Positions 11,301 through 20,529 of a stretch of 64,000 nucleotides of DNA are shown piece by piece. Numbering within the stretch: the stretch's first letter is position 1; each line of letters starts with the position of its first letter. Below the pieces are notes generated by a model. That model had not been told where the DNA came from. It made no database searches and worked only from the letters and a program-made list of their open reading frames with translations. The DNA is from a virus: the IMG/VR virus record IMGVR_UViG_3300035703_000020, positions 64,001 through 128,000 of that record. The stretch is one strand, 5' to 3'. A program made the translations under genes and the position numbers.

Positions 11301-13411
11301 CCGAGAGCTGCGCGCCGTGCGGCTCGGACGAGGAGGGTTTCGACTGCTACGTCAACAACGGCACGATGGAGGACGTGATCCCGTCCTTCACGGCCGACGA
11401 GGGCTTCTACGACAACGCGTTCGAGATCTGCACGCCGTGCACCGCCGAGCCTGAGCCCGTGGTGCCGTGCTACGTGCCGCCCGTCCGCGTGCGGCTGGAC
11501 AAGGTCGTCTATGCCAGCCCCCTCTGGAAGTTCAATCCCTCGGTGATGAATTCCACCACGCCCCTGAGGGTGTGGAAGAACCACGTGCTGGAGGTGGTGG
11601 ACGACGCGTCGGACGAGATCTCGAACGAGAACGTCTCAGAATTCCTGGAGTCCAAGGCGTACCACAACGCGCTCGTTGCCGACCACAACACAGGGCCGGA
11701 GCGGGAGAACTCCTACCGGTACTTCGTGCGCCTCCCGGCCGAGTACTCGAGGAACAGCCGCCAGTGGAACAAGGCGACGAACATCGTCGGCTCGTACGGC
11801 TACTTCTCCTCGGTCTACCCGCTCGCGGACACCGCGGTCAGGCCCTACGACCTGCGCCCGTACCTGTACGACGACGTCTACTGCCAGTGCGCCGCGGACC
11901 TGCCAGACTACGCGATCTTCTACCAGGAGGACTACCTGGTCTCGACGATCAAGGAGGCCCGCATCAACGCCCAGGCCGGCTTCGCCGACTCGCGCATAGA
12001 GTTCGAGGACGCGGCCGAGGTCTTCCCGTTCCAGGCAGGGCTCATCACTGAGTACGACGCGTACGACGAGCGCGAGATAGTTAACGGCGACGGCGAGTGG
12101 GCGGGTACCTACTTCAAGTGGCAGCGGCGTGGCCCGCTGACCGGCTACCTGATCACGGACGTCCTCGACAGCCGCATCCGCGCGGTGGAGTACTCCGAGC
12201 AGCCGGAGGGCGACTACTCGTTCATCAAGGCGCCGAACACGGAGTTCCCGGACGACGTCGACGTGGCGAACTTCGCCAACTACGTGGTCGGCTACGCGTA
12301 CTTCACCGCCGACCTGTCGGCGGCGGACGAGCCCGTGTTCGACCCGGCCGTCAAGTACAGCTGGCGCGAGTGCAACATCCCCAAGTGCGACGACGCGACG
12401 CCGGTGTTTGCCACGGACATCACCAATCTGGAGATCCTCACGGAGGGCGGCTTCAGTATCGGCATCGGCGGCCCGCCGGTCTACGTCGAGGGCGCGGTGG
12501 AGTCTCGCACGGCGTACCTGCTGAACAGGTGCGAGAAGTTCGAGGCCCCGGAGGTCAACATCCAGCAGATCATCGAGCAGCCGTTCTCAGGCGGCAGGCC
12601 GGGTCAGCAGGGGCCCGCCCCGCGGCCCACTGCTCCCCCGTCTGTGTCCATCGACGCCCTGCCCAACGGAGAGCTAAGCGGCCCGGCGCTTTTGACCGGC
12701 TCCGTCTCCGACGCCGGCTCCGTCGACCTCTGGATAGGGACCGACGTGCAGGCGGCCATCTCCGGCTCCTCGTGGTCGTACCAGATGACCAACGAGGACT
12801 TCAACGCCATGCTCGCCCTCGCGCAGGGCAACCCGGCCGAGTTCACCATCCAGGCGACCGCGACGTCGGCCACCGACGCCCGCAGCGCTAAGGCGCGCTA
12901 CAAGGTGGTCGTCAAGCAGCCGGCGGCGCAGGCCGACTTCTTCGTCATCACCTACGGCTTCACCAACGGCAGCGACCTCGACACGCGCACCGGCTTCGTC
13001 GACCCGGTGATCCCTGGATACGTGGGCTGGGGGCAGGGTACCAACCTTGCCCAGCTGACCTGGGGCGGAGACAACACGGGCACGGGCGTGGAGAGCGTCC
13101 TGTTCGACCGCGACACCTTCGAGGCCCAGAACCCCGGCCGCACGACGGTCTCGCTCGACCTCAGGGCGATGTGGTACGGCCCCGTCGGCACCGACCCCGT
13201 GACGATCACCGTGACATCGTACAAGGGCGGCCAGATGGTCAAGAGCGGCCTCACGTGGACCAACCCGACCGCGGAGGCGACCTACACGAACTTCACGTCG
13301 ACCGCGAAGGTCATCAACCTGTTCTCGCGCCAGGGCAGCAACATCGGCCAGCGGGTGGCTATAATCGATCTGGACTACGTGGCCGGCACGGTAAATTACA
13401 GGGACTCGTGA
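8354..13411 (+). CDS. Very large acidic structural protein with ~20 DxGx[FY] repeats
   Basis: 1685 aa, Asp/Glu/Cys-rich central region, Pro-rich linker and Ig-like C-terminal domains; lies between baseplate genes. Confidence 0.6.
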   Translation: MPRQIFDVEQYELRGTLPQTYTEGQKTVLNRVVSRVNGQLDWTAQLLGFNGPRYWGNASTDAEGNYEFIGLPQTVAEKRALQVGAFGVYSKDKPYESWPAPFNRKAVGASADLTFSAEDRDGQVAVWPFAQDRNFTFEKSPYLVVGGAYTFDQLVDVSVFNADPDTVEVIQDLDQRVTRVRVLSDDVQFISVFLTESPDAKPFTFTTRKWEDPSDWDDDQVREQFLGAWGSKGNQLSMHFAFDALDLHGFNEVEALSLDKITGALKIERLLGLIGLKPGPMAALVSAPYAFEVEGCEVTGPFSPSVDFESTSVTITTNDFFDIVTEDGRVIATDEGSCGVQDYIFMLTDGNDGEGGLVDFDNGFFPDEGNVGCFTDNGTLELPGSATGEMNNGEYELIGDFPTEANGIYDQNPLSICQTDPDTTPTGTLSNGEYPGDYYPNPGGSVDNDGTYDISIEQLMTEDLRLISANNESFDYSGCYREPDETYGVCETCDYTLTLRQTYDTTPNEIATDPGPEASIPIGLNGFMRDEPISCGLDNGTFEDAVLTNFYLDRARTVLWEDIVPVNSFTVETRAQGTFTITEVGGLFEFLARDRFVAIPPPSNATNGGVVDDGSYGDLNPNALTRFDLNLPDQDIFGGILDLGDLSPAVGTTAWDWGVVYTVPFNGVVDQQQADYAIYDGIYDQDPALNCPEPQAPEININYFDLVTDVLGEPGPILVSDSGVDNEIVLTASGDEEDGYDGMTIAFDGLELAELAFDYEAKTPFAMTEFPSIEWVVDLQLNNGTFYPVSDQGAWMGTDDGDFDERMEFVQLGSIASEFDSELDAIGLNFRGGLLTFDDGEFDQLVEPNCDFEGGSPCALVDGGVLIEGVDYNEPDTNCFEECGKIDSGLYQFYGFIPPAFPVIDGQGSRVIPDSCVLYDNSTYDRVPRPDVAGGGYYSCTTYDNSVYPFTGIYDCNLEEWGEFGLSPSGVYADQGEYTDAFPESCAPCGSDEEGFDCYVNNGTMEDVIPSFTADEGFYDNAFEICTPCTAEPEPVVPCYVPPVRVRLDKVVYASPLWKFNPSVMNSTTPLRVWKNHVLEVVDDASDEISNENVSEFLESKAYHNALVADHNTGPERENSYRYFVRLPAEYSRNSRQWNKATNIVGSYGYFSSVYPLADTAVRPYDLRPYLYDDVYCQCAADLPDYAIFYQEDYLVSTIKEARINAQAGFADSRIEFEDAAEVFPFQAGLITEYDAYDEREIVNGDGEWAGTYFKWQRRGPLTGYLITDVLDSRIRAVEYSEQPEGDYSFIKAPNTEFPDDVDVANFANYVVGYAYFTADLSAADEPVFDPAVKYSWRECNIPKCDDATPVFATDITNLEILTEGGFSIGIGGPPVYVEGAVESRTAYLLNRCEKFEAPEVNIQQIIEQPFSGGRPGQQGPAPRPTAPPSVSIDALPNGELSGPALLTGSVSDAGSVDLWIGTDVQAAISGSSWSYQMTNEDFNAMLALAQGNPAEFTIQATATSATDARSAKARYKVVVKQPAAQADFFVITYGFTNGSDLDTRTGFVDPVIPGYVGWGQGTNLAQLTWGGDNTGTGVESVLFDRDTFEAQNPGRTTVSLDLRAMWYGPVGTDPVTITVTSYKGGQMVKSGLTWTNPTAEATYTNFTSTAKVINLFSRQGSNIGQRVAIIDLDYVAGTVNYRDS

Positions 13412-13412
13412 T

Positions 13413-14054
13413 ATGAAGGGCGGGCGCAATCTGGAACTCCTCGGCAGGCTGCTCAACAACTACAACCAGGCCGCCCAGTACGCCCGCGATAACGCGGGCA
13501 AGCTGCAGGAGACCGTCGGCCGCGTGGTCGACGTCGATGACCCGAAGGAGGAGGGGCGCATCAGGGTCGTGATCAACGAGGTCGACCCGAAGGTGCTCGA
13601 GGCGCAGGGCTTCCCGCAGGGCGACGCGAAGGAGACGGAGAGCGACTGGATCGAGCCGAACCCCGCGTTCAAGGGCAAGCAGCCCAAGTCGCTCGTCGGC
13701 CTGAAGGTGAAGATCCAACCCAAGCAGGGCGACCCGAACCAGATGGTGTTCGGCGACGTCGTGTACGACAAGGCCGACGACCCAAAGGCCAAGATGCCGG
13801 ACTCGTCGAACATGACGAGGCTCCCGGTGTACAAGGCGGGCGAGCTACCGCCGGCGACCAAGGAGAACGTGGGCTGCGTGATCGTCGAGAGTGGCGGGCC
13901 GCAGGGCTACGACTGGCTCATGGTGTGCCTCAACCGCGGCGGTTACAAGTGGGTCAGGCACATCGATAGGCTGCACATCCACCAGAGCCAGGAGCCTGAC
14001 AGCCACGGGGACAGCGAGGGCAAGGTCAACGACGACGTCGAGGCGACGACCTGA
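13413..14054 (+). CDS. Baseplate spike (gpV/gp5 OB-fold-like)
   Basis: GRVVDVDDP...GRIRV OB-fold signature and C-terminal LHIH metal-binding tip motif. Confidence 0.7.
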   Translation: MKGGRNLELLGRLLNNYNQAAQYARDNAGKLQETVGRVVDVDDPKEEGRIRVVINEVDPKVLEAQGFPQGDAKETESDWIEPNPAFKGKQPKSLVGLKVKIQPKQGDPNQMVFGDVVYDKADDPKAKMPDSSNMTRLPVYKAGELPPATKENVGCVIVESGGPQGYDWLMVCLNRGGYKWVRHIDRLHIHQSQEPDSHGDSEGKVNDDVEATT

Positions 14055-14097
14055 CCCCGTCGGGTAAATCCAAGGGGACAGACCGTCCGACCGTGAC

Positions 14098-15090
14098 GTG
14101 CGCAATAAGTACGCGGTAGACCCGGACGACACCACCTCGGCGGCCCGGGTCAAGTGGTGGGAGACCCTCCCGCTCAATGACGCCGAGCCATACGCCACCG
14201 CCGCCTGGGCCTACACCCAGACCGTGGTCGAGGTGGAAGAGGACTCCGACGAGCCGGGCCCGCTCGGCGACCAGGACGACCTCGACGTTGAAGGAACCCC
14301 GTGGTGGGAGACCATCGGCGGGGAGGGGCCGAAGCCCTACGCGGCGGCGGCGTGGACTTACATCTACGACTCGGACCTCGTCATCGAGCTGGTCGCGGTC
14401 TCCACCACGGAGCTGACCAGGATCGACGCGGGCTACGTCGACGACCCCGAATTCCGCGGGGACTACGACGCCGGGACGTTCGGCAACCCCGCCGACATCT
14501 ACATCGACGGGGTCTTCTACACATCGACGGGGTACGCGATAGAGGTGAAGCGCACATTCGCCGAGATCAAGGTATACGACTCGCTGGCGTCGTCCCCGGG
14601 GCCGCTGCCACTGATCGCCGAGCCCATCGGCAACCTCGTGACCGAGCCCAACGGCGGCGGGGACATCGTTCTCCTCGACCCGTCCACGCTCGGCGACACG
14701 GACCTCGGGACGGACCCGAACGTAGTCCAGCTGGAGACCGACATCCCGCCGCTGGAGTCCCAGGAGGTGCTGGTCAACGGCGGCGGATTCGACGGCTTCG
14801 CCATCGAGTTCCAGCGCCCCTCAACCAGTCAGGACGACATCCCGCCGGGCCAGCTGCTCGGCCAGATCAACTACGAGATATTCGGCTCCGTGGCCACGGT
14901 GACCTCCTGGGAGCACTACAACTGGGAGGACGACACGCCCATCCGCAAGGCCGTCGAGGCGATGCTGAACGGGCTGCCGGAGTCGGTGATCGAGGTCCGG
15001 GTGCTCGACGACCCGACGGCGTTCTGGCAGTCGCTGGGCTTCAACAGGGCCTACAAGGGCGACCCGTACATCCACTACTTCCCGGGCTGA
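14098..15090 (+). CDS. Acidic hypothetical structural protein
   Basis: Duplicated WWET...PYA.AAW.Y motif; DxGx[FY] motifs; C-terminal AFWQSLGF. Confidence 0.5.
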   Translation: MRNKYAVDPDDTTSAARVKWWETLPLNDAEPYATAAWAYTQTVVEVEEDSDEPGPLGDQDDLDVEGTPWWETIGGEGPKPYAAAAWTYIYDSDLVIELVAVSTTELTRIDAGYVDDPEFRGDYDAGTFGNPADIYIDGVFYTSTGYAIEVKRTFAEIKVYDSLASSPGPLPLIAEPIGNLVTEPNGGGDIVLLDPSTLGDTDLGTDPNVVQLETDIPPLESQEVLVNGGGFDGFAIEFQRPSTSQDDIPPGQLLGQINYEIFGSVATVTSWEHYNWEDDTPIRKAVEAMLNGLPESVIEVRVLDDPTAFWQSLGFNRAYKGDPYIHYFPG

Positions 15091-15093
15091 CGA

Positions 15094-16137
15094 ATGGCCG
15101 CTCCGCAACTCTCAGAAGCTATCGTCAGGGACCAGACCAAGGTGCGTCTGGTGTTCGACCAGGCGCTTGACAGCACCGTAGCCGTGCCGGCGACGTGCTT
15201 CCAGATCAACTACGGCAAGACCCCGATCGCCGACCGGAGGTACGTCGACACCAACGAGCTCGAGCTCGTGCTCTCGCGCAATCTCACGCCGGGCGACAAG
15301 GTCTTCCTCAACTACACGCCGCCCGACGACGTCAACCTCGCGCTCAGGGCACCGGTGAAGCAGGGCGCCAGCGTGGCCACCATCAGGCGCAACGTCGTCA
15401 GGGCCCTGTTCAAGTTCCCCTGCCGCAACTTCCTCAAGATCAACGAGAAGTCCGCCGGGTGGGACGCCGACTCGAACCTCGGGGCATACGCCGACGGCAA
15501 GCCATACTCCAGGCGCGACCGCCCGGCCAACCCGCGCTCGGCAGGCGTGGACGACTTTGTCCTGGCCTTCGGCCTGAAGGAGGCGATCCAGATCACCAAC
15601 ATCGACGACGCCGACGCGACCCAGCCGAACGAGGTGCGGCTGATGATGGCGATCCAGGACGCGAACGCGCTGATCGACTCCTACATCAACCAGTCGACGA
15701 AGGCCGGCAAGCTGCTCGTCAGCTCCAACCGCCGTCGGACGTCGCTGATCATCGCCAGGTACTACCTGGACTCCGTGCGCCGCCGCGAGGACGTCCTCAA
15801 GGACTACGAGCGCTGCATCAAGGAGCTCGAGGCCGCGACCACCTACAATATGGCGGTCAGGCCCGACGCCGAGATGGCGATCAACTCCAAGGCCGGGCTC
15901 CTGCGCTCCTGGCGCATCCCCCAGTACTACAACGGCGTCAGCGGCAAGGGCCTGAGTGGCTGGTGGACCGACTCCGCCGCCGACATGACGCGCGACTGGC
16001 GCTACAACCGGATCAACGCGGAGGTCAACAACCGCGAGAACAACTGGCGCGCCGAGCCAACGAACGAGGGCCGCACGCCGGAGCAGCCCGCGGACGACTC
16101 CGCGACGATCGTGTCCGGCAACTCACAGACATCCTGA
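15094..16137 (+). CDS. SwmB-like Ig domain fused to Mu gp36/DUF1320-like head-tail connector
   Basis: N-terminus AP.L..A.V....V.L.FD.AL...F.IN...L.L...L..GD.V.L.Y.PP; C-terminus AIQDANALIDSYI...IARYYL...DYE..IKEL. Confidence 0.6.
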   Translation: MAAPQLSEAIVRDQTKVRLVFDQALDSTVAVPATCFQINYGKTPIADRRYVDTNELELVLSRNLTPGDKVFLNYTPPDDVNLALRAPVKQGASVATIRRNVVRALFKFPCRNFLKINEKSAGWDADSNLGAYADGKPYSRRDRPANPRSAGVDDFVLAFGLKEAIQITNIDDADATQPNEVRLMMAIQDANALIDSYINQSTKAGKLLVSSNRRRTSLIIARYYLDSVRRREDVLKDYERCIKELEAATTYNMAVRPDAEMAINSKAGLLRSWRIPQYYNGVSGKGLSGWWTDSAADMTRDWRYNRINAEVNNRENNWRAEPTNEGRTPEQPADDSATIVSGNSQTS

Positions 16138-16143
16138 CGCAAG

Positions 16144-16560
16144 ATGGCCCTCAACTTCCCGTCCAGCCCGGTCAACGGGCAGATCTACACCGTCGGCGAC
16201 CAGTCGTGGCAGTACAGCGCCGCGACGACCAGCTGGAACGTCGTATCGCAGGCCGAGGCCCTAGGCCCGGTCTACATCGGCTCCCTCCCGCCCACGTCGC
16301 CCGTCGAGGGCGGCCTGTGGTGGAATTCCAACAGCGGCCAGCTGTACATCCGGTACGTCGACGACGACGGCGGCCAGTGGGTCAGCGCGACCGTCAACCC
16401 GCCGGTCACCAACCTGGACTCAGACGCGGTGGTCGACGCGCTGGTGGGGGAGCTCACGCAGTACGCTGATCAGGCGGCGGCGGTCGCCGGCGGCGTGCCG
16501 CTCGGCGGCCTGTACCGCGTCGCCGGGTCCGGCGTCGGCTGCATCCGAGTCGTTGTCTGA
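16144..16560 (+). CDS. Small fibre-associated protein
   Basis: MALNFP..P..GQ.YT N-terminus and G.LWWNS.SG.LYI.Y.D...QW module typical of cyanophage fibre proteins. Confidence 0.6.
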   Translation: MALNFPSSPVNGQIYTVGDQSWQYSAATTSWNVVSQAEALGPVYIGSLPPTSPVEGGLWWNSNSGQLYIRYVDDDGGQWVSATVNPPVTNLDSDAVVDALVGELTQYADQAAAVAGGVPLGGLYRVAGSGVGCIRVVV

Positions 16561-16575
16561 TCCTGGAGGTAGGGG

Positions 16576-17250
16576 ATGACCCTCGCGGCTGTTCAAAATC
16601 TTCGCTCCTTCACGCAGGACGAGCACCCCACGGACCTGGAGCCGGGCCAGATCGCCTTCAATCTGGCTCAGGGCAACATCAACCTCAGCGAGGGCGACGC
16701 CAACATCTACATGTACGTCGGCAACCAGTCCGACATCAGGATGGACGAGGACGGCACGGTCCTCGTCGGCGGCGGCACCGCGGGCAAGGGCTGGATCAGG
16801 TACAGTCTCCGCGGGACTAGGGTCACGGGCGACTCCATCTACGGCGATCTGGACATCATCGGCGCTAGCGTAAAAATACGGAAGAGCGGCCCCGACTACG
16901 CCGAGCTCGTCATCCCAAAAGTAGCCGACACACCGTCCTCGAGCTCCGAGGTCGGGTCGATCCGTTGGAATTCCAACTTCGGAAAGCTACAAGCGTGGGA
17001 CGGCGCCAAGTGGGACAACACCTCGAAGGTGTTCGTGGACACCGTAGCGCCGGCAAACCCCTCGAACGGCGACCTGTGGCTCAGCCCGTCGCCGATAGCC
17101 ACCCTCTACGTCTACGTCGTCCCGACATCGGGCCCCGCGGCGTGGGTGGTTACGTCCAGCGCGGCGTCGGTCACTGCCCTGCAGCCCGGCAACGGCGTGA
17201 CGGCCAACGCCTCCAACGAGATTGACATCATCGACCAAGGACCCTTCTAA
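16576..17250 (+). CDS. Fibre-associated protein
   Basis: QNLRS...P..LEPGQIAFN N-terminal module; GSIRWNS/GDLW modules; ends DQGPF. Confidence 0.6.
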   Translation: MTLAAVQNLRSFTQDEHPTDLEPGQIAFNLAQGNINLSEGDANIYMYVGNQSDIRMDEDGTVLVGGGTAGKGWIRYSLRGTRVTGDSIYGDLDIIGASVKIRKSGPDYAELVIPKVADTPSSSSEVGSIRWNSNFGKLQAWDGAKWDNTSKVFVDTVAPANPSNGDLWLSPSPIATLYVYVVPTSGPAAWVVTSSAASVTALQPGNGVTANASNEIDIIDQGPF

Positions 17251-17255
17251 AAGCC

Positions 17256-19430
17256 ATGGCAGTTAAGATTCAACATCTACGCTCCGACGTAGCAAGCAAG
17301 AGGCCTACAGGCGCGGGTCTGTTGGCCGGTGAGATCGCGCTCAACATCGACAGCGGTACCCCGGGTGCCTTCTTCAAGGACGAGCTCGGTGGTATCATTA
17401 AAGTCGGCCCCGCTGAGGTGGGCAGCTCCGCCCCCAACGCCTCTCCGGCGTCTGGCGGGTCGAGCGGCAATACCACCGGTGAGTTTTGGTACGACACGTC
17501 TAACACCGGGGGCAACAGCCAGGCGGCGCTGAAGGTCTACAACGGCTCGGCCTTCGCCTACATCGGCAAGGTGACCATCGGCAGCACGAACATCGAGCTC
17601 GGCGCCGCCGCGACCACGACGATCACCGGTTTGACGTCGCTGACCTCAGCCACGCTCGACGCGACAACCAGCGTCGATCTGGAGAACCAGGCGGACCTGC
17701 GATTCTTCGAGGCCACGGCCAACGGCTCGAACTACGTCGGCTTCCAGGCGCCATCGGCCATCACGACGAACGTCCTGTGGACGCTCCCCGGCGCCGATGG
17801 TACGGCCAACCAGGTCCTGACCACGGACGGCGCGGGCGCCCTGAGCTGGACCGAGGCCCGCACCAATGACATCACGCAGGGCAACACCAGTGTCACCGTC
17901 ACCGACACTGGTGTCGACGGCACGGTGACCTTCGTGACCGAGGGCTCCACCCGCTGGACGATGAGCTCCGCGGGCCACCTCCTGCCAGGCGCCGACTCCA
18001 CCTACAACATCGGCGCGAGCGGCAACGAGGTCAGCAACATCTACGTCGACACGCTGAACGTCGGCGCGATCACCGCCAGCGGCACCCTGACGCTCAACGG
18101 CGACGTCGACCTGGGCAACGCGACCACCGACACCGTGACCTTCACGGCACGGGTCGACTCCAACATCCTGCCCTCCGCCGACAACACCTACACCCTCGGC
18201 ACCGCGGCCAACCGCTGGTCCGAGGTGCGCGCGACCACCCTCTACGGCACGGTCAACGAGGTCACCGTCGTCAAGTCGATCACCGGCGACAGCGGCACGG
18301 CGACCCCGACCGCCCAGACCTTCAAGATCTCCGGCGGCACCGGCCTGACGTCCACCGCCGGTAGTACCACGGTCACGATCGACCTGGACAACACCGCGGT
18401 CACGCCGGCCGCCTACGGCTCGGCCTCCCAGGTGGCGACCTTCACCGTCGACGCCCAGGGCAGACTGACCGCGGCCGCGAACACGTCGATCAGCATCACG
18501 GCGTCGCAGGTCTCCGACTTTAACACCGCCGTCCGGACGAACCGCCTCGACCAGATGGCGGCCCCAACCGCCGCGGTCTCGCTGAACAGCCAGAAGATCA
18601 CCAACCTGGCGACCCCGACCCTCGACACCGACGCCGCCAACAAGGGCTACGTCGACAGCGTGGCGCAGGGCATCGACGTCAAGGGCTCCTGCCGCGTGGC
18701 GACCACGGCCGCGCTGCCCACGGTCACCTACGCTAACGGCTCCTCCGGCGTCGGCGCCACCCTGACCGCCTCCGCGGTTGGCGTCCTGACGATCGACGGC
18801 GTGGCGACGGTCCTCGGCGACCGCATCCTGGTGAAGAACCAGGCGTCGCAGCTGCAGAACGGCATCTACACCGTGACGACGGCCGGCGCGGCGGGCACGG
18901 CGTTCGTGCTGACCCGCTCGACCGACATGGACCTGGCGGCCGAGTTCCCCTCGGCGTTCACGTTCATCGAGGAGGGCACCACCAACGCCGACAGCGGCTG
19001 GGTGTGCACCACCAACGCCCCGGTGACGGTCGGCACGTCGAACATCACGTTCGACCAGTTCTCCGGCGCCGGCCAGATCACTGCCGGGAACGGCCTCTCG
19101 AAGACCGGCAACACGCTGGACGTCAATGTCGACTCCCGCGCGTCCGGCACCAAGACGACCGCGATCGTGTCCGACGAGGTCCGGATCGACTCGGCGTGGA
19201 CCGGCCAGACGTCCCTGACGACTCTCGGCACGATCACGACGGGCACCTGGAACGGCACCATTATCGGCCGGGCCTACGGCGGCACCGGCGTGGACAACAC
19301 CTCCATCGCCCAGAACTACGCCTACCTTGGCCCCAACACCGGCGGTGCTGGCACGCCGACCTGGCGCGAGATCCTGACCAGCGACATCGCCCCGGTCACA
19401 GGCGGCAGCTTCGACGCCGGCACCTACTGA
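17256..19430 (+). CDS. Tail fibre protein
   Basis: 724 aa, Thr/Gly/Ala-rich; IQHLRS..KRP..GEIALN head, DAANKGYVD, GDRILVKNQ...NGIY and TVDAQGRLT fibre motifs; ends DAGTY. Confidence 0.8.
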   Translation: MAVKIQHLRSDVASKRPTGAGLLAGEIALNIDSGTPGAFFKDELGGIIKVGPAEVGSSAPNASPASGGSSGNTTGEFWYDTSNTGGNSQAALKVYNGSAFAYIGKVTIGSTNIELGAAATTTITGLTSLTSATLDATTSVDLENQADLRFFEATANGSNYVGFQAPSAITTNVLWTLPGADGTANQVLTTDGAGALSWTEARTNDITQGNTSVTVTDTGVDGTVTFVTEGSTRWTMSSAGHLLPGADSTYNIGASGNEVSNIYVDTLNVGAITASGTLTLNGDVDLGNATTDTVTFTARVDSNILPSADNTYTLGTAANRWSEVRATTLYGTVNEVTVVKSITGDSGTATPTAQTFKISGGTGLTSTAGSTTVTIDLDNTAVTPAAYGSASQVATFTVDAQGRLTAAANTSISITASQVSDFNTAVRTNRLDQMAAPTAAVSLNSQKITNLATPTLDTDAANKGYVDSVAQGIDVKGSCRVATTAALPTVTYANGSSGVGATLTASAVGVLTIDGVATVLGDRILVKNQASQLQNGIYTVTTAGAAGTAFVLTRSTDMDLAAEFPSAFTFIEEGTTNADSGWVCTTNAPVTVGTSNITFDQFSGAGQITAGNGLSKTGNTLDVNVDSRASGTKTTAIVSDEVRIDSAWTGQTSLTTLGTITTGTWNGTIIGRAYGGTGVDNTSIAQNYAYLGPNTGGAGTPTWREILTSDIAPVTGGSFDAGTY

Positions 19431-19450
19431 TAGGCGCCCGCTCACAATCT

Positions 19451-19508
19451 GGGTAAGTCACGGGGGAGCTACATAGCTCCCTCTTTTCGTAAGCCCCTAC
19501 ATAGGGCC
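19451..19508 (+). promoter_or_regulatory. GGGTAAG motif followed by two hairpins with identical CTACATAG apex
   Basis: GGGAGCT-ACAT-AGCTCCC followed by TCTTTT, then CCCT-ACAT-AGGG just before ATG 19513. Confidence 0.45.
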
Positions 19509-19512
19509 GAGC

Positions 19513-20523
19513 ATGGCAATCAATTTCCTGCTGAAGCGGTCAGCGGTCGCGAGCAAGCGCCCGACGCCCGCGCAGCTAGACATAGGCGAGCTCTCGCTGA
19601 ACTACGACCAGGGGACGCCAGGCCTCTTCTTCGAGGACGACGCGGGCGCGGTCCGGAAGATCGGCCCGACGGAGGTCGGCGGCACCGCCCCCAACGTGTC
19701 CCCTGCCGGCCAGTCCGGCAACAGCATCGGCGAGATGTGGCTCGACACGTCCGTCACGATCCCGCTGCTCAAGACGTGGGACGGGTCCGCGTGGAAGGTC
19801 CCGGGCGCGACCACGATCGGATCGACCTCCATCTCCGTCGGCTCGACGTCCACGACGCTCGCGGGCCTGACGTCGGTGACCTCGGCCGACATCAACGCGA
19901 CGACGTCCGTCGACCTCGAGAACCGGGCCGACCTCCGCTTCTTCGAGGCCACGGCCAACGGCGCCAACTACGTGGGCTTCCAGGCGCCGGCGGCGATCGG
20001 GTCGGACGTCCTGTGGACGCTTCCCTCGGCCGACGGGACTACGGGCCAGGTCCTCAGAACCGACGGGGCCGGCGTGCTGAGCTGGGTCAGCCCCGGGGCG
20101 GCGTCGGCCGGCGGCTCGAACACGCAGATTCAATACAACAGCACGGGCACGCTCGCGGGCTCAGCCAACTTCACTTTCGACGGGTCCAATGTCCAGATCG
20201 GGGCCCAAGGCGACCTGAGACTGGCGGACTCCGACTCGTCCCACTACGTGGCCCTGCAGGCGCCGGCGACGGTCGCGGCGAGCATCACCTTCACCCTGCC
20301 GTCCGCCGACGGAACGAGCGGGCAGGTCCTGACGACGAACGGGAGCGGCGCGCTCTCCTTCCAGTCGATCAACCAGAACTACCTTCAGAGCACGAAGGTG
20401 GTGTCGTCCAACACGACCGTGCCCACTGCCGGTTACAACCAGGCGGCGCTCTACGATTTGGAGATCGCCTCCGGGGTCACATTCGAGGTCTCCGCCGGGG
20501 AGACATTCGCGATCATCGACTAA
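19513..20523 (+). CDS. Tail fibre-like protein (paralogue of 17256)
   Basis: Shares the N-terminal module and the DLEN.ADLRFFEATANG.NYVGFQAP block with 17256. Confidence 0.75.
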   Translation: MAINFLLKRSAVASKRPTPAQLDIGELSLNYDQGTPGLFFEDDAGAVRKIGPTEVGGTAPNVSPAGQSGNSIGEMWLDTSVTIPLLKTWDGSAWKVPGATTIGSTSISVGSTSTTLAGLTSVTSADINATTSVDLENRADLRFFEATANGANYVGFQAPAAIGSDVLWTLPSADGTTGQVLRTDGAGVLSWVSPGAASAGGSNTQIQYNSTGTLAGSANFTFDGSNVQIGAQGDLRLADSDSSHYVALQAPATVAASITFTLPSADGTSGQVLTTNGSGALSFQSINQNYLQSTKVVSSNTTVPTAGYNQAALYDLEIASGVTFEVSAGETFAIID

Positions 20524-20529
20524 TTAACC

